Shown piece after piece: positions 57,929 to 64,000 of a stretch of 64,000 nt of DNA. The notes beneath the pieces are model-generated. The model did no database searches. It saw only the letters and a list, made by a program, of their open reading frames with translations, and was not told where the DNA came from. The DNA is from Nitrososphaerota archaeon (GTDB lineage: Archaea > Thermoproteota > Nitrososphaeria_A > Caldarchaeales > Calditenuaceae). The DNA lies in the NCBI GenBank assembly GCA_033581555.1, contig JAVQSZ010000006.1:32001-96000 (forward strand), in the 5' to 3' direction. The first letter of the stretch is position 1. Each line of letters starts with the position of its first letter. The translations under genes and the position numbers were made by a program.

Positions 57929-59022
57929 CTAGAGGCCCACCGCCTTACCGATCAGTGGGTCCGAGAGGAAGTACGAGTCCTCTACCTTCTCGACGATGCT
58001 CAGCTTCTCGAGGGAGCGGAGCAGTCTGGTGAGCTGGGCATTGGACACGTAGACTCCGGACCAGGCCTCGACGGTCCGCTTGATCTCGACCCACCTGTGG
58101 TTGCCCGCGCCGATGGCCTGTAGAATCAGCCTGTAGTACTTCGACCTCTGGAAGACCTTAGCTAGCTCCGCCTCTATCACCCTCTTGGCCTCGTTCACGA
58201 CCCTCTCGAGGACGTCCCCGTCCAAGCGCCCCGCCGATACCGCCGCGTGTCCGAAGTAGGTGAGCCATCCCACCACGCCGTCGAACGAGTCCACCGCCCT
58301 CTCCAGGACCTCGGGAGAAGGATCGATGCCTTGCTCCCTGAACCCGCGCCTTAGGAACTCGAGCGAGGTCTCCCTGTCGAACTTCCGCAACGCTATCTCC
58401 TCCCTGTATCGGCCGTGGAGGGGGCTTCTGCGGTCCTCGGAGCCAACGAAGTCCATCAACAGCCCAACCTCTGAACCCGTCAGGACGAACTTAATGCGCT
58501 CGAGGTTGTCGTACGCGTACGCCAGCAGCTTCCTGAAGTCCATTCCGCCCTTTCCCCTCTTCATGGCCCGGAGGAGCTGGGCCTCGTCGAAGGCGATCAC
58601 CATCTCTTCTCCCTCTTCTTCCAGCCACCTGTTGATCTCCCGAAGCAGCGATGAGATCAAGGCGCCGCCCCTATGCCAGTCGAGCTCGACCCGGACCCCG
58701 ACCACCTCGACTCCCTTGACCCTCTTGAGGTAGTCCGGGAGCTTCTTGTGCGCAGGCAGAACCCCGGTCAGTTCCTCCGAGAGCAACCTGTATAAGGTCG
58801 CCCGAGACGGGCTCTCTTCCAGCGACCTCAGGTCGAGGTAGAGGTGTGGGTGACCCCATTCCTCAGCGCGACCCTGAGTAGTGACGTCTTCCCGACCCTT
58901 CTCACCCCCAGCAGGAGGATCAGCGGGACGTCCGATCGGAGTGCACCCAATAGCCACTCGAGCTCCCTCTCCCTGCCGAAGAGGTCCTTTCTATCGGTCT
59001 TGGGCCGCACGTCGAAGAGCAA
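57929..59022 (-). pseudogene. Archaeal ATPase (COG1672-type, ATPase plus wHTH) interrupted by a frameshift near 58862-58868
   Basis: N-terminus MLFDVRPK..LFGRE.E..GVRRVGKTS lies in one frame; HLYLDLR..FDEAQ..TGSEVG and the wHTH lie in another. Confidence 0.8.
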
Positions 59023-59060
59023 GTATCACCACTGATACCTAGGTATCACCACTGATACTT
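59021..59060. promoter_or_regulatory. Tandem palindromic operator, 2 x GTATCA-CCAC-TGATAC with a 20-bp period
   Basis: AAGTATCACCACTGATACCTAGGTATCACCACTGATACTT directly abuts the TTG start of the ATPase. Confidence 0.7.
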
Positions 59061-59265
59061 AACTGGGACCCAAGAAATCCGGCTCTCTGAGCCTTCCTGG
59101 AGCCCTTCGCAAGGGATACGGAGGCAACGGGGTAAGCCGGGCCTCAAGCGCCTCGGACGCCTCGGAGACGCGAAGCATCTGGCCGAAACGGCCGACGGGA
59201 TGAGCATCGGCCACCGCGTCAGGCGCGGGAGCCCTTAATTACGGCCGACGGGATCAGAGCGCGGG

Positions 59266-59661
59266 ATGAGCGAGGCTGAGGACCGGGAGGTCGAGGAGAG
59301 GATCCAGATCGACTACATCGAGACCCCGCACGGCAGCGTTCCAACGTTGAGGGGCGTCCTGAGGGCCTTCAAGGAGCACGACGAGTACTTCGGCGAGGTG
59401 GAGAGGTACCTCGACGAACACGAGCAGAGGCTCGGTAGCGTCGAGGGCCGCGTCGGGAGGCTGGAGTCAGTAGTCTCGTCGCTCGCGCAGAGGCCCGCCT
59501 CCATAGACGAGGACTTCAGGTCGGCCGTCCTCCAGGAGATCCGCGCGCTCCAGGAGAGGGTGAGAAAGCTCGAGGAGGCGCTGGTCGAGATGGGCGAGCA
59601 GCTGGACCTACTGGCCTATGCGGTGGACCTGCTTGAGAAGATCGCGAGGAGGGTCGGCTAG
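59266..59661 (+). CDS. Hypothetical coiled-coil protein
   Basis: Heptad-rich, genome-typical codons, TATA-like CTTAATTA about 25 nt upstream. Confidence 0.7.
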   Translation: MSEAEDREVEERIQIDYIETPHGSVPTLRGVLRAFKEHDEYFGEVERYLDEHEQRLGSVEGRVGRLESVVSSLAQRPASIDEDFRSAVLQEIRALQERVRKLEEALVEMGEQLDLLAYAVDLLEKIARRVG

Positions 59662-60578
59662 CGCCTTTCCCCCATCGGGTCCTCCTCAGCGCTGGACTCG
59701 TCGACCTCCAGGTAGTACTTCCTGTTGGCCTCGAGCCTCTTGATCTCCCACTCGAGGGCCTCCTTTCTGGCCTCGAGCCTCTTGATCTCCTCCACGAGCC
59801 TCGTGAACTGCTCGTTGTAGGACATGAGGACGGAACGCTCCACCTCGAGCCTCGCGAGCTCCTCCCTCTTGGACTCCTCTAACCTCGAGAGCCTCATGAG
59901 CCTAGCCTCCCTGACCCTGAAGCGCCTGTCGAGGTCGGAGAAGGCCCTCTCGATCCTCGAGGAGGCCTCCTCGAGCGCCTTCAGGTGCCTCTCCTCCAGC
60001 TCCCTGACCTGTCTCTCCAGCTCCGACTTCTTGGCCTCGAGCTCCGTGATTCGGGCCACGTAGTCGCCTATCCTCCGCTCGCGCTCCTCGAGCTCCTGCT
60101 TGGCCCTGAAAGTGGCCTCCCTGAGGGCCGTGAGCCTCGCGAGCTCCGCCTTCAGCGCCTCCCTCTCCTCCTCGAGGAGCTTCTTGGCACGCTCGAGCTC
60201 GTCGGCGCTGCTCAGCTGCATCTTCAGGTACTCCTCCATCCTGTCCTGGTACTCCTGGACCTTCTTCACAAGGAGGAGGTTGTTCCTCAGCTCGTCGACG
60301 ACCTTCTCGAGGTTCAGGACGATGACGCCCGCCTCGAGCCTGAAGAGCTGGTTCAGGTCCTCCTTCATCGAGCGGAGCTCCTCCACCGCGGTCCTCGTCA
60401 GCCTCTCCTGGAGCGCTACCAGCTGGTTCTCGTCCCTCCTGAGGGCTGCCTCCAGCTGCTCCTTAACGCTTAAGAGATCGGAGCTCACCCCGTCGAGCCG
60501 GTTGAGGAGCTCTTGGATCATCGCCCTGAGCTCCACTAGCTCTTCAGGAGCCTTCTTCCCTCCCCCTAATGGGCTCAA
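59658..60578 (-). CDS. Hypothetical long coiled-coil protein
   Basis: About 300 aa almost entirely E/R/L/K heptads; start set at TTG 60578 after GAGG. Confidence 0.7.
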   Translation of the reverse strand: MSPLGGGKKAPEELVELRAMIQELLNRLDGVSSDLLSVKEQLEAALRRDENQLVALQERLTRTAVEELRSMKEDLNQLFRLEAGVIVLNLEKVVDELRNNLLLVKKVQEYQDRMEEYLKMQLSSADELERAKKLLEEEREALKAELARLTALREATFRAKQELEERERRIGDYVARITELEAKKSELERQVRELEERHLKALEEASSRIERAFSDLDRRFRVREARLMRLSRLEESKREELARLEVERSVLMSYNEQFTRLVEEIKRLEARKEALEWEIKRLEANRKYYLEVDESSAEEDPMGERR

Positions 60579-60621
60579 CCTATACCTCTGCAAAACCGAT
60601 CGGTAAAAAAGTTTGTGCTCC

Positions 60622-61647
60622 TCACGGGAACGACCGGTCTTTACCCACCGCGATCGATCCCCTGAGCTCCTCGAGGCCGCCGCATCCGGACCTCTCGAGC
60701 TCCGCGACCAGCTCCCGGAGGATCTCTCGGACGGCATAGGGCCCCCTGTAGGCGAGGGCGGTGTAGAGCTGGACGGTCGTGGCCCCGCGCGTCAACAGCC
60801 CGAAGACGTCCCTTCCGGAGAAGACTCCTCCGACCGCGTTCACCTCGAGCGCCTCCCCGAACTCGCCCCTGATGCTCGAGACGGCCCTGAAGGTCAGCTC
60901 CAGCAGCGGCCTCCCGCTCAACCCCCCGAACCCCGTCGAGAGCCTCCGGTCCTGGACCGGCAGCGTGTTGATCGCGGTCACGCCCTCGAACCCCGCGTCG
61001 ACCCACGTCCCGAGCGCCGAGAGGACCGCGTCCCAGACCTCCTGGACCGGAGGAGGGACCTTCAGGTAGGTCGGCCTCCTCTTGACCGGCGCGATCGCGT
61101 GGCAGAGGTCCCTGAAGGCGTTGCCCTTCAAGTACTCCCTGAGGGCGGGCGTGTTCGGCGACGAGACGTTGACCTCGACCGCGTCCGCGACCTCCTGGGC
61201 CCTCTCGTAGCAGTAGGCCAAGTCCTCCAGCTTGACGCCGCTGACGCTCACCACGACCGGCGCCCTCGAGGGCCTCGACCTCCTCAAACCCTCGAGCCCC
61301 TCGTCTATCCCCGGGTTCGGGAAGCCCATCGCGTTCAGGAGCGCGCCCTCAGACCTTAGCCTGACGAGCCTCGGACCTGGGTTCCCCTTCCTCGGTTCCC
61401 GGGTGAAGGTCCCCGCGACCAGATACCCGAACCCTAGCTTCTCGAGGTCCGCGAGGTGCGCACCGTTCTTGTCGAAGCCCGCCGCCAGCCCGATGGGGTT
61501 CGCGAGCTCGCCGAACTTCGTCCTAACCCGGAGCCTTCCGTCCGGGACCTCGACCCTCCTTGCAAACCTCAGGAGACTAAGGCCGAGTCGGTGGGAGAGC
61601 TCAGGCGGCAGCACGGAGAGCGCCGCGTGGACCCCGCGCGTCAGCAA
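60622..61647 (-). CDS. pyrD: Dihydroorotate dehydrogenase (quinone-type, class 2-like)
   Basis: GLAAGFDKN, GNPGPRL, NVSSPNT, GGLSG, VQLYTAL. Confidence 0.9.
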   Translation of the reverse strand: MLTRGVHAALSVLPPELSHRLGLSLLRFARRVEVPDGRLRVRTKFGELANPIGLAAGFDKNGAHLADLEKLGFGYLVAGTFTREPRKGNPGPRLVRLRSEGALLNAMGFPNPGIDEGLEGLRRSRPSRAPVVVSVSGVKLEDLAYCYERAQEVADAVEVNVSSPNTPALREYLKGNAFRDLCHAIAPVKRRPTYLKVPPPVQEVWDAVLSALGTWVDAGFEGVTAINTLPVQDRRLSTGFGGLSGRPLLELTFRAVSSIRGEFGEALEVNAVGGVFSGRDVFGLLTRGATTVQLYTALAYRGPYAVREILRELVAELERSGCGGLEELRGSIAVGKDRSFP

Positions 61648-61763
61648 ACCGCCCCGACCTCTTCGCCCACCGGGAGCGAAATTAAGATGAGTTCAGGCAG
61701 ACTTCGGAACCCTCGACCTGACCGGATTATGTTATATTAAGGACCCGGATCGTGGGACGGCGA

Positions 61764-63227
61764 ATGTGGCTGCTACCGCTCCCAGATCAGCTCGAGGTGC
61801 TGCTGTACGCCGCGTTCGCCGTGCCGATCATCGGCGCTGTCCTCGGTAGGGAGGGCGCTAGGCTGGGAGGTTGTGTGGCCTCGTCGGCAGCCTTCGCGGC
61901 CTCCTTCTACATTACGCTCGCCCAGTTCAACGCCGGGATAACCGCCAGCATCAGCGTCGCGCCGTCTCCCGCGACGTCGGTGATCCTCCTCGACAGGTTC
62001 TCGAACTTCGTGGCCCTGGTCGTGCTGGGGGTCTCGCTGCTCTCGTCGGTCTACGCGGTCAGCTACGTCGCCGAGAGGCACACGGAGTTCTACACGCTGG
62101 TCATTCTACTCGCGATGGGGATGCTCGGCGTCTTCTACGCTGGCGACGTGATCGCGTTCTTCGTCTTCTGGGAGGTCATGAGCGTAGCCTCCTACCTGCT
62201 GGTCGCCTTCAACTACAGGGAGTGGGAGGCGGTCGAGGCCTCCCTGAAGTACCTGATCATGAGCTCCACCGGGTCGGCGGCCCTCCTCTTCGGGATCTCG
62301 CTCCTCTACGGCCTCACGGGCGAGCTGACCTTCGCGGGGCTCAGGGCGTCGCTGGCGTCCGGACCCGTCGCGACGGAGACGTGGACGGTCATCGCGGCCG
62401 CGCTCGTCCTAACGGGCCTCGGGGTCAACGTCGCGATGGCTCCTTTCCACTTCTGGCTCCCCGACGCCCACCCCGCTGCCCCATCCCCGGTCAGCGCCCT
62501 CCTATCGGGCGTCGTGATCAAGACCGGGGTGTACGCGCTCCTCCGCCTGCTCCTCAACGTCTTCCCGACCGAGACGTACGGATGGCAGCTGGGCCTGCTG
62601 CTGCTCTCGCTGGTGACGATGACCGTCGGCAACCTGATGGCCGCCCTCCAGGAGGACATCAAGAGGCTCCTGGCCTTCAGCAGCATCGCCAACATCGGCT
62701 ACATCGTCTTCGGGATCTCCCTAGGGAACCAGCTGGGAGCGGTGGGGGCGCTCCTGCACCTCCTCAACCACGCGATCGCGAAGGCCCTCCTCTTCCTCGC
62801 GGCCGGCTCGTTCATCCACGCGCTCCACACGAGGAACCTCGATGAGCTAGCAGGGGCCGGGAAGCAGATGCCCCTGAGCGGCGTGACCTACACCGTCGGG
62901 GCCCTGAGCCTCGCGGGCATGCCGGGGCTGAACGCCTTCGTCAGCGAGTACGTCATCATCGCCGCGGCCTTCCAGACGCCCTTCTGGCCCTTCGCGGTCG
63001 TGATGATCCTGAACGTCCTGATAGGCGCGATGTACCACATGAGGGTCGTCCAGACGCTCTTCCTGAAGGGGCCTTCGAGCGGCCACGGCTCGGTCAGGGA
63101 GTCGGCGTTCCCGATGCTCCTCCCCCTGATCGTCCTCGCGGTCGCCGCGATCGTTATAGGCGTCTATCCCGCTCCGTTCCTAGGAGCTGCGCAGGAGGCC
63201 GTGCAGTTCGTCCGCCTTAGGGGCTGA
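61764..63227 (+). CDS. Proton-translocating antiporter-like subunit (MrpD/NuoN/NuoM family)
   Basis: FFVFWE, PFHFWLPDAH.AAPSPVSALLSG, KRLLAFSS, HAIAK, SE. Confidence 0.88.
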   Translation: MWLLPLPDQLEVLLYAAFAVPIIGAVLGREGARLGGCVASSAAFAASFYITLAQFNAGITASISVAPSPATSVILLDRFSNFVALVVLGVSLLSSVYAVSYVAERHTEFYTLVILLAMGMLGVFYAGDVIAFFVFWEVMSVASYLLVAFNYREWEAVEASLKYLIMSSTGSAALLFGISLLYGLTGELTFAGLRASLASGPVATETWTVIAAALVLTGLGVNVAMAPFHFWLPDAHPAAPSPVSALLSGVVIKTGVYALLRLLLNVFPTETYGWQLGLLLLSLVTMTVGNLMAALQEDIKRLLAFSSIANIGYIVFGISLGNQLGAVGALLHLLNHAIAKALLFLAAGSFIHALHTRNLDELAGAGKQMPLSGVTYTVGALSLAGMPGLNAFVSEYVIIAAAFQTPFWPFAVVMILNVLIGAMYHMRVVQTLFLKGPSSGHGSVRESAFPMLLPLIVLAVAAIVIGVYPAPFLGAAQEAVQFVRLRG

Positions 63228-63363
63228 GGCCTGCGGACTCCTCCGGACAATTCCACGGGATTCTCGCTTCCGGTGGACTCGGGCCCCTAAAACTCGCCGA
63301 CGGGTAGGGCCCGCCCCGATGTCGCTCAGGAGGGAAGCTTATAAGCAGAGCGCGGACGTCGGG

Positions 63364-64000
63364 ATGATGGGGGTGCTGAACGACGCGTTGAGGCTTAAGC
63401 CGCCTGTCACGGTGAGGGTAGTCGACCTGATGAACCTCGCGAGGCTCGCGCTTTACAACCCTGAAGCTCAGGCGCTCTTCTGGCGCATCGAGTCCAGCGA
63501 AGGTCAGGTGATAGGCACGCTCTTCTCGGTTCCTTACTGGCGGAACAGCCTTCCTCTCTTCTTCTACGTCAGGGCCCGGGAGGATCTGGGCAGGGGCTCC
63601 TATGTCGCATACAGGAACATTGACAGGGAGGAGCTGAGGCTATCTGACTCCAACGACGACCCCAAGTTCCACTACGCGCCGATCGTTGAGGTCGCCGAGC
63701 CTCCCGCGATACTCGTCGAAGCCTTAGGGAGGAGGAGCGCCCCAGACCTCGAGGCCCCGGTGTTGACGCGGGTCTCGGACCTTCCCTCGCTGATGAGGCT
63801 GCTGATGGTCGCCTCCTACGACAGCCACCAGCCCCCGATCCTCAGCTTCAGGGCTAACGGCTCGAACGTCTTCGGCGTCCTCCTCCCGTTCTACGACTAC
63901 TACGAGGCGAACGCGCTCCCGGTCTTCGCGTACGTCGAGCGCCCCGGCTCCCCCGAGGGAGGCTTCCTGAGGTACATCGCGTCCGGAGGCGGGGAGAGGA
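63364..64000 (+). CDS. Hypothetical protein with an internal tandem domain duplication (truncated by window edge)
   Basis: Manual translation open to the window end; repeated PV.V.DL..L.RL...LP.F.YV...Y unit; TATA CTTATAA upstream. Confidence 0.65.
   Translation, partial: MMGVLNDALRLKPPVTVRVVDLMNLARLALYNPEAQALFWRIESSEGQVIGTLFSVPYWRNSLPLFFYVRAREDLGRGSYVAYRNIDREELRLSDSNDDPKFHYAPIVEVAEPPAILVEALGRRSAPDLEAPVLTRVSDLPSLMRLLMVASYDSHQPPILSFRANGSNVFGVLLPFYDYYEANALPVFAYVERPGSPEGGFLRYIASGGGER

Noticed and set aside
59021-59060. Mini-CRISPR array
   Set aside because: Only two 16-bp units separated by 4 bp, no spacers and no cas genes
61686-61725. GATGA...CTGA resembling a C/D sRNA between pyrD and the antiporter-like gene
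   Set aside because: Too short, with no internal D'/C' boxes; lies within a divergent promoter

Overview
GC-rich, densely coding archaeal chromosome segment. Gene content (TFB, eS17, eL34, EF-1beta, Rpp21, Dph6, deoxyhypusine synthase, DUF1512, a TackOD1-like protein, FtsZ, SCO, complex I subunits) points to a TACK-lineage, probably Aigarchaeota/Caldarchaeales-like, aerobic heterotroph. That assignment is inference only. About 72 CDSs are mostly housekeeping or metabolic, plus one intron-containing tRNA-Arg(TCG). I see no CRISPR array, rRNA, integrase or transposase. Classical operons are broken up (nuoBC alone, V-ATPase F alone, lysWX alone, split spc tail with cmk inverted). Best leads: a TackOD1-like Zn protein coupled to a processive GT2; a membrane-sensor/wHTH/exported-protein trio; a structured RNA candidate upstream of rpl15; an acidic eL33-like small protein next to a possible K-turn RNA; a CBS-HPF ribosome hibernation factor coupled to a Nudix hydrolase; a CdrS-like/FtsZ2-like pair; a frameshifted archaeal ATPase with a tandem palindromic operator; a convergent pair of orphan coiled-coil genes; and a lower-GC surface FN3/glycoside-hydrolase-like gene. 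All family calls come from reading motifs by eye, not from database searches.
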